This document shows positions 52,101-63,019 of a stretch of 64,000 nt of DNA, in pieces. Origin of the DNA: Trypanosoma brucei (taxonomy: Eukaryota); NCBI GenBank assembly GCA_000002445.1, contig CP000066.1, positions 1,504,001-1,568,000 on the forward strand. Reading direction: 5' to 3'. A program made the position numbers and the translations under genes. The notes under the pieces were generated by a model. The model made no database searches and was not told the origin of the DNA. It saw nothing but the letters and a program-made list of their open reading frames with translations. Numbering within the stretch: position 1 is the stretch's first letter; the number at the start of each line of letters is the position of its first letter.

Positions 52101-53705
52101 ATGCCCATTCCGTGTAATTTCAAGGATCAAATAACAGGTGAAGTTCATATTCCCTCAACTTCCCGCGCAAATGTTACGTACAAACAATGTGAATGTCAGA
52201 CGGGTGTGCTTAAGATGCAAGATATGGAAACACAAACAGCGATTAGCGCTCTTCAGGCAGTCAACCGAAGCGACAAACAAGTTGGCCACGAGAAACCTCA
52301 GATCCAGGCAAATATCGATGGGCTGCAATATGTTTATGCTGGAGTAAATTACAGCGAGGAGGCTCTGGCTGATTTCCTGGAGGCGGCGAGGGAAGACGTC
52401 CTTGCTATATTATACCGCAATGTAAAAAACAGTGCGTTTGACAACTACGAGCCGAATTGGACGAAAAAGAGCACTGAACTCTCTGCTGTTGCAACTTTCC
52501 GGGCGTCGTATGCCGAGGAAAGAGATCTTCACGCCTTATCCGTGAGTTTTAACTCCAGCGGAACACTCTTAGCCGTTGCATACGGCCAAGTGGATACCGC
52601 AGGGTGGTGTAATGATACAGGCATGGTTGGTATATGGAACTTGTCACGAAATGATGTAAACGTTAATGAACCGCATCACATGATGGAAACTGATTCCTTC
52701 GTCACATGTGTTGCATTTCATCCATCACAGGCAACAGTGTTGGCAGTGGGACTGTACAGTGGTGAGGTGGTACTTTATAAAAATGTGACGGATGCGACAC
52801 CGATAGAGATGACAGCAGACGGATCTTCAACATCGCACAGAGAGCCCGTGACATTCCTGCAGTGGACTGAAAACTTACAGGAGACGCGTGATTCCCATCG
52901 GTACACGCTTTGTTCCGCGGGCCAGGATGGTCGTATCCTCTTTTGGACTATGGGCAATAAAATGGCGCAACCAACAGCCGCATTTATCATTAAAACCAGG
53001 AAAGGAGCAACGGTTGGTGTGCAGTCCGCTTGTTTCTCCCGTCCCGGGGGCTCCGCCGGTCGCATCACACCATCGAGCGACAGTGTTCTCGTCATTGGTC
53101 TTGAAAATGGTGATGTTGGCCGAGCCCGTCCTGGCGTCCTTGCTGCCCTTCCAACTCGAGCTGGAGAGTCGGAGGTTTCTCTTGAACTTGATTGGTTGTC
53201 CTCTCACAGGGGTCCTGTGCAGTGCGTTGATACCTCGCCTTTCTTTCACAATCTCTGCCTCACTTGTTCTTCTGATGGCAGTGCTCGGCTGTACAACATG
53301 CTAGAAACGGCAGCAGTTGCCACATTAGAGCCGTCTGCGGAGTCGAAACATTTCCTTTATGCTGCGCGGTTTAGTCCTTTTAGACCCAGTGTTATTGCTG
53401 TGGTTTCGCGCAGCTCATTCCTGCATATATATGACTTGCAGAAATCGCAACTTAAGCCTGTAGTAACGTTGGAAGCTGGGACAGATGGCGCTGCACTGAT
53501 GTGTGTTACTTTTAATCATGCTTCACCGGATTGGATTTGTACGGGGGACGTCAGTGGCTCCGTCCGCCTCTGGAAGCTGCCGTCGTCCCTCATGCAAACC
53601 ACCGACTTGGAGCGGGCTGCTGTGCGGGATAGCCGTGGCCGTGGGGGGAATGCGGAAGACAGTGAAAAGAACGCCGTCATATCTCTGTTTGGTTTCTCTC
53701 TCTGA
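52101..53705 (+). CDS. WD40 dynein intermediate chain, most likely the IFT-dynein (dynein-2) intermediate chain (WDR34/DIC5-like)
   Basis: ORF-track start 52023 is TTG; first ATG at 52101. Dynein IC signature LSVSFNSSGTLLAVAYGQVD...GMVGIWNL, followed by WD repeats (VTCVAFHPSQATVLAVGLYSGEVVLY; TLCSAGQDGRILFWT; DWICTGDVSGSVRLWK). The 534-aa length is close to WDR34. Confidence 0.6.
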   Translation: MPIPCNFKDQITGEVHIPSTSRANVTYKQCECQTGVLKMQDMETQTAISALQAVNRSDKQVGHEKPQIQANIDGLQYVYAGVNYSEEALADFLEAAREDVLAILYRNVKNSAFDNYEPNWTKKSTELSAVATFRASYAEERDLHALSVSFNSSGTLLAVAYGQVDTAGWCNDTGMVGIWNLSRNDVNVNEPHHMMETDSFVTCVAFHPSQATVLAVGLYSGEVVLYKNVTDATPIEMTADGSSTSHREPVTFLQWTENLQETRDSHRYTLCSAGQDGRILFWTMGNKMAQPTAAFIIKTRKGATVGVQSACFSRPGGSAGRITPSSDSVLVIGLENGDVGRARPGVLAALPTRAGESEVSLELDWLSSHRGPVQCVDTSPFFHNLCLTCSSDGSARLYNMLETAAVATLEPSAESKHFLYAARFSPFRPSVIAVVSRSSFLHIYDLQKSQLKPVVTLEAGTDGAALMCVTFNHASPDWICTGDVSGSVRLWKLPSSLMQTTDLERAAVRDSRGRGGNAEDSEKNAVISLFGFSL

Positions 53706-54019
53706 GATGGTGTCATTTATTCTCAAATATTTTTTCCGTTGCGGATGCTTCAAATACGAGGTGTTAAAGGAATATAGTGACGTATGTGCAAAGTGCGTGT
53801 GAAAGTGGTGAGAAGATTCTGTTTACGTGTGGTACATTGTGTCTGACCACTTTTTTTTTCTTTGCTTTGTCTTTTGTGGTGTTTGTCCTCACTGTGTTGA
53901 ACCGACCTCACGTTATATTTTCTTCGACGAATTGAAGAGCCGCAAAGGCGAGAGTTACCTTTTGATAACATTCAGGTGTACTCTCCTTTCATTTATGCGT
54001 TTGTATGCTTCCAGTCTTG

Positions 54020-54067
54020 CACACACACACACACACACACACACTCTCTCTCTCTCTCTCTCTCTAC
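54020..54067. repeat. Compound (CA)12(CT)13 microsatellite
   Basis: gcacacacacacacacacacacacactctctctctctctctctctctact. Confidence 0.9.
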
Positions 54068-54310
54068 TTCCTGCTTTCGTGAGAATTTTTAACGACTGTT
54101 GGTACCAGACTCCGTGTGTACGTGCATCAATGAAATGCCAAGTAATTACGATCATGCACTTTTTACCTTTTTTGGCATAAAAAAATGTGCACAGTTCGTC
54201 TTGTTTTCCCTTCTTTGCTCCGGTTGATATCCATTTGTTTTGCTTAGCAAAGAGCAATTCCTCATCGTAGAGGCCGTAGTTGTTTGTCAAAACTAAGAGA
54301 GGAAGGTCTC

Positions 54311-54862
54311 ATGGTAAACTTGCGTCTTCAGGTGGCCGTAGTTGGCGCACCAACGGTCGGGAAAACTGCATTTGTGCAAATGCTTCACAGCAACGGCACA
54401 ACATTTCCTAAGAATTACCTCATGACGTTGGGTTGCGACTTTATTGTAAAGGAGGTTCCTGTTGATGATGATAATACGGTGGAAATGATAATATTTGATG
54501 TGTCAGGCCAGCGCGAGTATGAACCTATGGTTTCTTCGTACCTACAAAACACTGCAGTGTTCATAGTCATGTACGATGTTTCCAATAAAGTTACATTTGA
54601 GGCCTGCGCACGTTGGGTGAATCAGGTGAGGACGAACAGTAAAGAGAGTGTTGGAATTCTCATTGCAAATAAATCCGACCTCAGTGATAAGGCTGAAGTG
54701 ACGGACCGGCAGGGGAAAGATCTCGCAAATGCAAATAAGATGAAGTTCTACAAAATATCCACTTTGCGAGGTGTTGGCATCACTGAGCCCATTGATGAGA
54801 TTGCGCGGCATTACGTTGACGCATATCAAAAACGTATTGAACAACTCACCCAAATGAGGTAA
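54311..54862 (+). CDS. IFT27: Rab-like small GTPase IFT27 (RABL4)
   Basis: ORF-track start 54284 is TTG; first ATG at 54311. P-loop GAPTVGKT; switch-region similarity to IFT27 (YLMTLGCDFIVKEVPVDDDNTVEMIIFDVSGQREYEPMV versus human [36 protein letters not shown]); NKSD G4 box. No C-terminal prenylation Cys, as in IFT27. Confidence 0.75.
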   Translation: MVNLRLQVAVVGAPTVGKTAFVQMLHSNGTTFPKNYLMTLGCDFIVKEVPVDDDNTVEMIIFDVSGQREYEPMVSSYLQNTAVFIVMYDVSNKVTFEACARWVNQVRTNSKESVGILIANKSDLSDKAEVTDRQGKDLANANKMKFYKISTLRGVGITEPIDEIARHYVDAYQKRIEQLTQMR

Positions 54863-55619
54863 TGTTTGCTGTTGCGTTTTCAAACGTGTGCGTGTGCACG
54901 TGAGAATGAAAAGGGAGGATAAGCCACAGATGCATTCACGTGTGAGTGATTTGGTTCTTTTGTTTTGACATTGCCTCATATTTGCCTCCCTTTTTTTCTT
55001 TCTCTCTCTCTTGATATGTTCGGTATTTTTGCTTCCACTGGGCGTACTGTTTTTGGTATCTTTTGTTTCTCCGTGATTCGGTGCTCAAATGATGGTGAAG
55101 GGGATATCACTTTAGGATGCGGCTCAATACAAAAGGGAAACAAAAAAAAGAACAAATGAATTAATGAATGAATGAGAAAGGCAAAAGTCCGAGATAGAAA
55201 AAAAAAGGGCTGAGAGTGGGGATGAGAGGTCACACGGAATGGTGAGAATCGAAATAAGACGACACTTCGGTGTGTATTTGTGTGTTGTTTACTGTTGGAG
55301 TTGTTTTTTTTCTTTTTCCCTTTTTCGTTGGTTCTTTCCCTTTCTCTCACTCTACCGCCACAACAATGGCACCACTTTCCCTCCTACAGTTATTTCATTT
55401 CATATTTTCCTCCATTTATTCCCCCCCCCTCGTTGGTCCCTAAGCAACTCTGTTTATTTCCATTACCTGCACTGCAGTCGCTGTAGCAGTTGCTTTTCTC
55501 CTACTCTTTCTCTCTCTCTTTTTTTTTTTCGATATGTTCCATTTCAATTTGATTCTTCCCATTAGGGGGTTTTAGTTTAACCTTCCCGTGATATTGGATG
55601 TTTAGTACATTGTATTTGT

Positions 55620-55952
55620 ATGATTGACGATGTAAGAATTTGTCATCTCGTACTGCAGGATGTGAAGGAGCGTCTTCCGCTTTACGAGTCGCGACTTGAG
55701 GCAGTTAATAACTCGCATGTAGTGATAAGTTGTTGGAACGAAAGCGTAAAGGCATTTGTGCCGGTTCCTGTTGCAGAAGATGTGGAATTTACATCAGATG
55801 TGCTTCATGAAGTTGTCAGTTTGGTGGATGGATTGAGGCAGTTGGGTTGTACGGATTTTTTTGTCGTTTTTGTGGACAGCGGAGGCACACTTTCATTTTA
55901 CCACGTGGACACGCTTCGGTTACTCCAATCAGGGCGCAGCGGTTCCTCCTGA
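55620..55952 (+). CDS. Candidate small protein (110 aa), possibly Roadblock/LC7-like fold
   Basis: ATG-initiated ORF on the coding strand in an otherwise 1.5-kb gap between IFT27 and the syntaxin gene, with a pyrimidine tract upstream (55280-55560). Alternating hydrophobic pattern: VVISCWNESVKAFVP...DFFVVFVDSGGTLSF weakly resembles the LC7/MglB core. Not low-complexity. Confidence 0.3.
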   Translation: MIDDVRICHLVLQDVKERLPLYESRLEAVNNSHVVISCWNESVKAFVPVPVAEDVEFTSDVLHEVVSLVDGLRQLGCTDFFVVFVDSGGTLSFYHVDTLRLLQSGRSGSS

Positions 55953-56400
55953 TGGTAAAGGTGAGATGAAGTTGTCAGGAAAATTTGAAAATTTACGGGT
56001 TTAAAGGCGTATGTGAGGGGGTTTTCGAATGTCAAATTCATTACTTCCGTTGTTTTCACATGAAAGGGGAGGAGAAAATAATATGGCTATCACCATCAAA
56101 AAAAAAAGGTACGTGGAAGTTGCTTCGTGCAAGGAAAAGGGAAGGTTCAGTTGTGTTGCTTTTTTTTTCCATGCGCTGACACCTTTATATAATATTATCC
56201 ATGGGAACCTTCCAGTGCCAACTAAAATTTGGTGGTGAATTTAATGCTCTCTGGTGATTTGCTGTACTTTCATGCCTCCACGCACACATACACACACACA
56301 CATTTTTACGTGGCTATTTGATTGTTAACTTTTTTTCTCTGAATCACTTATTCAAAGGGAGGAAAGGGTAGGTGTGAACGTTTCATTTTTGCAAGTATAC

Positions 56401-57183
56401 ATGGACGATCCAAGTTGGCAGCGCAATTGTGATATGCTGACGCATGCGTTGCAATCGTTGGAACGCAGTACCTCCCAAATAAAGCGCAGCACAAATAAAC
56501 TTGTCACCTTACGTGACATTGCGCAAGAGAGAGATAAGGTAAAGAAAGTAACGAGTGCAGCAAATGCGAAAGATGTGCATGCCGTTCACGATGCTTTGGC
56601 TTTTCTGGAAAAATATATGCGACTGCATCCCACGCAGCTGCGTGGACAGGGAGTGAAACTCAGTACGGAGGCTCAAGTTGTGCTAGAAAACTACAAAAAA
56701 TCATGTGATGTCTTCTATAAAAAGTGCATTTCACTGGAAGAATCATTACGAAAGAACAGTGCAACGACACGTGTGAGGATTGGGACTGGTGATGGAAGTG
56801 ATGTGGATGATTTTGATGATGAGGGAGAAAGTTTATTACCACGTGGAGCCACTGCGGGATCTGCGCAGCGGCAGGCATTTGAGGATGATCTCCATAACGA
56901 AATCATGGCTGAGAGGGTCCGTGAGACATCAGAGATAGCAGAGAGTGTAAGGGATATTAATGAGTTATTTAATCACATTAACTCATTAGTAGCAGAGCAG
57001 GGTGTGGGTTTGGAAATTATCGAGGAAAATGTTACGAGGTCGTCCGCTGCGACGAGGAATGCGGTGGGACATCTTCAACAGGCGCGTGATAGCCAACAGA
57101 GATCTGGACGTGACAAGATGTTTATATTTCTTATCGTTGTATTAATGATCATGCTATTGCTCGTTGCGTACCATAAAGTATGA
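56401..57183 (+). CDS. Syntaxin-type Qa-SNARE with C-terminal transmembrane anchor
   Basis: ORF-track start 56374 is GTG; first ATG at 56401. SNARE heptad region IAESVRDINELFNHINSLVAEQGVGLEIIEENV has the zero-layer Gln. C-terminal TM helix MFIFLIVVLMIMLLLVAYHKV. Confidence 0.75.
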   Translation: MDDPSWQRNCDMLTHALQSLERSTSQIKRSTNKLVTLRDIAQERDKVKKVTSAANAKDVHAVHDALAFLEKYMRLHPTQLRGQGVKLSTEAQVVLENYKKSCDVFYKKCISLEESLRKNSATTRVRIGTGDGSDVDDFDDEGESLLPRGATAGSAQRQAFEDDLHNEIMAERVRETSEIAESVRDINELFNHINSLVAEQGVGLEIIEENVTRSSAATRNAVGHLQQARDSQQRSGRDKMFIFLIVVLMIMLLLVAYHKV

Positions 57184-57213
57184 AGTCGCCATCACTTTCC
57201 CCTTGTGGTTTCC

Positions 57214-57242
57214 ATTGTTGTTGTTGTTGTTGTTGTTGTTGT
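57214..57242. repeat. (GTT)9 trinucleotide microsatellite
   Basis: ccattgttgttgttgttgttgttgttgttgtg, immediately 3' of the syntaxin stop. Confidence 0.9.
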
Positions 57243-57870
57243 GTTTGTTTTTTTTTTACCGTGTACAGGAGAGATTTCGGGATGTTTTTCATCGGAGCGA
57301 TGAAGTTTAGTCGTTGATGCTCTTCTCCGCTCTGCGCTAAAGGGAGGTGTCTGGTTGTTGTTGCTGTTGTTGTTTTATAGCATGCAGTGAAAAGCTTAGG
57401 GCCACATCTTCACTCACGAGTTCCACCATTCATTCGGCCTTTTTGTGTTGGTTATTAAATTTGGCGCCTCATTTATTTTCCTCTTCCATTCTATCATATA
57501 TGCTATTGCTTTACTTCTTTTCGTTGCTGCTGCTTTGGCACTGCACATTGCGCACACACCCAACGACAAATTGTTGTTGTTGTTTTTGAGCAGCGGATGA
57601 GTTATCAATATCTTTTCTCTTTGATTTTCATCACTTGGTTTCGATATCAAACTCTGACAATGTGAAGGAAGCTGGGAAAAGGTCAAAGAAAAAAAAAAAG
57701 AGAAAAGGGTGGTGGAGTGAAGGGAAGGGAAGTGGTGCAGCGGAAACTCACGTTTGTGAAATAGTTTCATATCTCAACACGTAACCACTCATCGTAATAC
57801 CCCAAACAAAGAAAGAGAGAGAGAAAAAGAGAAGATCCAACAGAAAAAATAAATAAATAACAAATAACAA

Positions 57871-59040
57871 ATGACTGAAGCCGTTGTAACACCGTGGTCT
57901 GTCGAGGGTGACGTAAATTATGATAAACTAATAAAAGACTTTGGAAGTCACGCCATCGATGAGGCATTGCTGGAACGGATTGAACGGGTTCTGGGGAAGA
58001 AACCGCATCATTTCCTCCGTCGAGGAATTTTCTTTTCCCATAGGGATTTGAACCTTCTATTGGACGTGTACGAGTCCGGTCAACCTTTTTATCTCTACAC
58101 TGGCAGAGGTCCAAGCAGCGAGTCCATGCATATGGGTCATTTGATTCCTTTCATGTTTACTAAGTGGCTTCAGGACTCCTTTAGGGTACCCCTCGTGATA
58201 CAAATGACAGATGATGAGAAGTTTTATTTCCGTAATATCCCAATGGAACAAGTCGAGGCCATGACAACAGAAAATATAAAAGATATTATCGCTATGGGGT
58301 TCGACCCCGAGTTAACTTTCATTTTCCGTGACTTTGATTATATGGGATGCATGTACCGTACCGTTGCCAAGATTGAGAGGGCCTTCACTGCGAGTCAAGT
58401 ACGTGGTTGCTTTGGTTTTGCAATGGAAGACAACTGTGGCCGCTGGATGTTTCCTGCTATACAGGCTGCACCATCTTTCTCAGCAGCTTTTCCTCATATC
58501 TTTCCACCATCGATGGGAAATGTGTTTTGTCTCATTCCACAGGCCATTGATCAGGATCCATATTTCCGCCTGACACGTGACATCGCCCCACGTCTCGGTT
58601 ATTTAAAGCCGGCGGTGATTCATTCCAAGTTCTTCCCCGGATTAAGTGGCCCAAAAGGAAAGATGAGTTCATCTTCCGGTACTGCAGTGCTGTTGACGGA
58701 TACAGAAAAGATGGTGAAGGATAAAATTAACAAACATGCCTTTAGCGGCGGTGGGGCAACCAAGCAAGAGCACTTTCTTCTTGGCGCCAACGTGGAGGTG
58801 GATGTTCCTATACAGTGGCTGTCTTTTTTTCTTGAAGATGATGAAGAGCTCGCGCGAGTGAAGAAGGAGTATATGTTAGGTCGTATCATGACAGGAGAGG
58901 TGAAGAAGTTATTAATTAACACAATAACGGCCATCACGAAAACTCATCAGGAGAAACGGAAATTGGTGACAGACGAGGACGTACAGCTCTTCACAAGCAC
59001 TCGCATAATGGGTCCGGCTAAGAAGGCGGCAACCCAGTGA
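57871..59040 (+). CDS. TrpRS: Tryptophanyl-tRNA synthetase, cytosolic (eukaryotic) type
   Basis: ATG at 57871. Class I motifs: TGRGPSSESMHMGHLIPF (HIGH-type) and KMSSS (KMSKS). Conserved eukaryotic TrpRS blocks AIDQDPYFRLTRD and FPALQAAPSF-like. Confidence 0.9.
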   Translation: MTEAVVTPWSVEGDVNYDKLIKDFGSHAIDEALLERIERVLGKKPHHFLRRGIFFSHRDLNLLLDVYESGQPFYLYTGRGPSSESMHMGHLIPFMFTKWLQDSFRVPLVIQMTDDEKFYFRNIPMEQVEAMTTENIKDIIAMGFDPELTFIFRDFDYMGCMYRTVAKIERAFTASQVRGCFGFAMEDNCGRWMFPAIQAAPSFSAAFPHIFPPSMGNVFCLIPQAIDQDPYFRLTRDIAPRLGYLKPAVIHSKFFPGLSGPKGKMSSSSGTAVLLTDTEKMVKDKINKHAFSGGGATKQEHFLLGANVEVDVPIQWLSFFLEDDEELARVKKEYMLGRIMTGEVKKLLINTITAITKTHQEKRKLVTDEDVQLFTSTRIMGPAKKAATQ

Positions 59041-59414
59041 AGTTTGTGAAGGGTTGGATGGAATTAACTGGTTGTTGGTGTATTTGTTCGTCCTTTCTGA
59101 GAATCCGACTATTGTGATTTCTGCAACCATTCTCTACCTGCACTAAATCTCTCGATAGTATGCGCCTTGCCGCCACCGGAGGTTGTTGGTGAGTAACGTG
59201 GCGTTTCTAAACTCCACTATTGGTAATTTATTAGTACTTGTGTGTGTGTATGTGTGTGTGCCTTGAATACCTGTATGATGGTTGTTGTTAACATCCCCTT
59301 TATTTCTCCTTGTTTATTTAATCATGCTTTGATTCATATTGTATGGAATGCATGTGACGTAGTGCAAGAAGCAGGTAGTAGAGTGGGGCGACTTTTCTAC
59401 CCTTTCTGTCGTGT

Positions 59415-61502
59415 ATGTCAGTATGGCAAAAATGGAAGCTCTCCACTGCAGCCGATGGCAAGTTTGGTCTTCGACCCTTTCTTATTCGTTTTGTTAATGT
59501 CTGGCCCCTGAGATGTGACACCACGTGGTTGGGGAAGCCACCAGTGAAAACGTTTCCATCTTTTTGGGCAAATGTGGCGTGTCTCAGTGACAGAGAGCGC
59601 GATTTCTTCGTTCAATGTGTAGAACACATTTGTTTCGGCATTGGCATGAGTGCTACACCCGCTATTAAAGACGTTATGAATCGTCTGGCAGATGGCGCGG
59701 GTATTCACAACCTTCAGGGGTTGAGCACCACCGAAAGGGAATCACATACAGACATTCTTTGCGATGTGGTGCTTATGCATGATGGGAAACCTTGTATGGG
59801 ATGGTTCGCTGATAATTATGGTGACAGGAACTTTAATAACATTATTGAAGTTTTAGAAGAGCGGTGGAACATCTCCCCGGCATCATTATGGGCGTTAAAG
59901 GAGCGAAATATCGCAGAACAGATGAACACCATGACACACTACAACCGACAGGAAAGTATCTTTTGCAATTCTGATGGGTTGACGGAGGGGAAACTGGCGT
60001 CTCTTGTCAAGCGGCACGTCCGCTTCGCCGATAAAAACATTTGTATCGATGTGAAGAGCATTTCAGAGATCCGTTCCTTGTCTCTGTCGCTTTTGGAAGA
60101 ACCGACGGTGGAGAAGCGTGAGATCTTACTACAGTGCTTGAGCAATGTCGTTCCTGAACTAATAACTAAACCGGGAAAAGTTTCTCCGTGTTCCACCGTT
60201 TTAAAGGCGTTCGGGTGCTTTTTAGCGCCAAGCGTACGGAAGTTGGACATACCTCTGGACTCTGTGTATGAACTTGGTTCAACCTTGTGTTCTATCCCAG
60301 CGGATGATGTGACCACACATGTTTTTCAGCGGCACATTCGCCACCTTCTCGACATCACTGAAGGGAAACAAATATGTGCAAGTGGCCCGGATCAGCAGCA
60401 CATGCTGAGAGATACCCTCAACAACCTCGAAAGTGTGGGTCACGATTTGGACCAGGTTTTTGTATGCTTCTCGCAAGCAGTTGCACTTTGCCAGGTTGTG
60501 GAGGATCCAACTGAGAGGGACGATGCGTTGTGTAGAATTCTCTTGGCTATTCCGTTGATTGAACGATACATTACATCGTACGAATCTGCGATCCTGCGGC
60601 AACACACATTTAGCGACAGCTGTTTACCGTCCCATGTTGAGCCAAACCATAGCAACCGTGAGGTGTGCCTTTTGGACAGTTTTGCGCTGGATCGAGTGAT
60701 CTGCGCAAGCAACTGCAGAGAGCAGGGAGCTAATGCCTCCGCTGATTCCAGTAGTGCATTTGATTCAACTAAAGGCAAACCTTTCGATGGTTGTTGTGGT
60801 TTTTGGATGCCTGGCATGGGGTTGGACTCGTCTTGTTATGTGACGGATCTTCTCTCTGCATGCACCGATCTTGCTAACATGCTCGGCGTGCCCGCATCAC
60901 GGTGTGACATCGTAACTGAATCACAACGACTTGTGTATGATATCCGTCACAAGCTTCGTGTACACACACTCCGGCGATTTGCCTTCGTGAAAGCATCGAA
61001 AGTGTGGAATTCTGCCTTGAGGAAACGAGCCCTGCCATTTCTTAACGCACTGAGGAGCTCCCTGTATGAGGCTCCCGCCCTCACAATACTCCGATTTAGA
61101 GACGGGGAACGCCTCCCAAACACTTTTGGCGCAGCGAGCGAACCGTCGTCATTGTTGCAGTCGCTCTCTTCGCTGCACGTTTGCTTTGCATTTTCGACTC
61201 CCGCTTTTTACGTGGAATGCGGAACCATACAGGAGCTCGAGGCCATGTGTGTTACGCAGCCTTTAAGTGCCATGAGGCGACTAAAATGTTTTTCATCACC
61301 GAGTAGTAGCACAGGGATTAGCTCCGTGGTTGAAGTGCCTGTCCCTAGCAACCTTGTTGATTCTCTTCTTGTATGCGCTAAGGCTCAACTGCAGCTAAAA
61401 CCGGAACACGGTTTTGTGGATGTTGCCTTCCAGAGAGACGGGGATCACGCAACGGTAGTGCCCTCGTGTCTTGATAAATTGTTGCGAGGACAAAAGGCGT
61501 AA
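59415..61502 (+). CDS. Hypothetical protein (695 aa), no recognised domain
   Basis: ATG-initiated long ORF on the coding strand with non-repetitive composition. The true start could be a downstream Met. Confidence 0.5.
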   Translation: MSVWQKWKLSTAADGKFGLRPFLIRFVNVWPLRCDTTWLGKPPVKTFPSFWANVACLSDRERDFFVQCVEHICFGIGMSATPAIKDVMNRLADGAGIHNLQGLSTTERESHTDILCDVVLMHDGKPCMGWFADNYGDRNFNNIIEVLEERWNISPASLWALKERNIAEQMNTMTHYNRQESIFCNSDGLTEGKLASLVKRHVRFADKNICIDVKSISEIRSLSLSLLEEPTVEKREILLQCLSNVVPELITKPGKVSPCSTVLKAFGCFLAPSVRKLDIPLDSVYELGSTLCSIPADDVTTHVFQRHIRHLLDITEGKQICASGPDQQHMLRDTLNNLESVGHDLDQVFVCFSQAVALCQVVEDPTERDDALCRILLAIPLIERYITSYESAILRQHTFSDSCLPSHVEPNHSNREVCLLDSFALDRVICASNCREQGANASADSSSAFDSTKGKPFDGCCGFWMPGMGLDSSCYVTDLLSACTDLANMLGVPASRCDIVTESQRLVYDIRHKLRVHTLRRFAFVKASKVWNSALRKRALPFLNALRSSLYEAPALTILRFRDGERLPNTFGAASEPSSLLQSLSSLHVCFAFSTPAFYVECGTIQELEAMCVTQPLSAMRRLKCFSSPSSSTGISSVVEVPVPSNLVDSLLVCAKAQLQLKPEHGFVDVAFQRDGDHATVVPSCLDKLLRGQKA

Positions 61503-61903
61503 AATGATGGTGGCCGAGTGACGGACTGACAATTACATTTGGCTTCACGCTGGAGGAGCACACCGGTGGGGAGAGAGTGCCTCCAGATATTTGTTGTGCC
61601 GGCGTATGCAACACTCGGATGCAGCTTGTCGAGGTTCTTCTTAGCGTTTAACTGTTTACTTATTCACATACACGAGACGGAGCGTTGAAGAAAATGAAAT
61701 ACCTGATTACACCGTAGCACAAAATTTACTTCGTCCCTTCGATGGCCGTTCTCGGGTTTGAACCCTGCTTTGTGCTGTCCTAAATGAATGTTCCATCCCT
61801 TCTCTCTTGATTTCTGTGCGCATATGTAAATAAACAAACATTTTTCACTTGGTTTTGGTGTGGGCTTGCGGGGGAAATTATTTGAAAAGGTGAATAAGGG
61901 TAA

Positions 61904-62719
61904 ATGAAGGGTCTGCGGTTATTTTTTACACGCCCAGTGTTTGTAGCGTCTGCTATTCCTTATTTAACTTCAGTGAGGCGAGTTTCCCAGCAGCGGGATG
62001 TAACGCCGTGCGGAAACCAATCTGGTAGGGATCTGCATTCACCCGATGTGGTTGTGCATGATCAGCAGTCTTCCTTCACTGAAGATACGTTTGCCTCCGA
62101 TTTTGACGAATTAGAGGCTGCATCACAGGAGATACATGACCTGTGCTTTGCTATGATAAACTACTTACAGAAAACGGACCCTGATGGGACGAGCTGCTTG
62201 TTTCAAAAACGCTGCGCTCGCGGCTTCCGTGAGACCGTCCCGGAGAACAAACGTCGGCTTCTTCATGAGCGGGGGTCGAAAATTCTTCGGCGAAGGAACT
62301 GTTATAGAACAAAGGAGGAGTATGAGGAGGCAACACAGCTGTTTCTCCAATTCGGTGAGAAACTCTTGTTACTTCTCACTAAACCTGTTGTTCAAAGGAT
62401 CATCGAATCAGCGGGAAAAGTCTATCGAGATCATCGGCGTGATGGGGTTCACAGATACCGAAAACCAGTGGAGCGGGGGAGTTGGCGTGGGTTTCCTCAT
62501 AGATGGTTTAAACATGCACCATTCGAAGTGCAACAACTTCGTGCCGACATCCCTGAGGCGACTGTAGCGAACACGAGGGCCATGCGTGATTTGTCCACCG
62601 TTAACTCACTCTTCACGCTCATGGAGCCGCAACACCCTTTCAGAGCAAAGCTGGAGAATCAGCTATTTGAAATAACACAGGAGTACGATGTCGTTCATGC
62701 AGGAGGCAGAGGAGTGTAG
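61904..62719 (+). CDS. Hypothetical protein (271 aa) with N-terminal mitochondrial-presequence-like segment
   Basis: ATG at 61904. N-terminus MKGLRLFFTRPVFVASAIPYLTSVRR is basic, amphipathic and lacks acidic residues. Confidence 0.45.
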   Translation: MKGLRLFFTRPVFVASAIPYLTSVRRVSQQRDVTPCGNQSGRDLHSPDVVVHDQQSSFTEDTFASDFDELEAASQEIHDLCFAMINYLQKTDPDGTSCLFQKRCARGFRETVPENKRRLLHERGSKILRRRNCYRTKEEYEEATQLFLQFGEKLLLLLTKPVVQRIIESAGKVYRDHRRDGVHRYRKPVERGSWRGFPHRWFKHAPFEVQQLRADIPEATVANTRAMRDLSTVNSLFTLMEPQHPFRAKLENQLFEITQEYDVVHAGGRGV

Positions 62720-63019
62720 AGATTGGTTTCCCCTCTCAAATGTCCCCTCGCATTGCATTTCTTTATCGTTTTCGAATCGGTTTACCTCCATGTTTAATGG
62801 TGACAATGATTCATACGGGTGCCTGTGTGTTTTTCGCGCCTGCACAACTTCTGGCATGTCGAACTCTTTGTTCCTTTCGCCTCCTCCCTCCCTCAAACGC
62901 GGGCACCTTCTTCCAGGACCTCAAAATATATATGTTCATCTACTTGTACGTGCAAATACACGCACACTATTTTCACCTTATTTTGTCCTCATACAGTGTA
63001 GATGCGCTCGCTCATAGCC

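Noticed and set aside
61745-61775. tRNA-like T-arm motif (gggtttgaaccc)
   Set aside because: It only loosely resembles GGTTCGAATCC. No acceptor stem or anticodon-arm pairing could be built from the flanks by eye.
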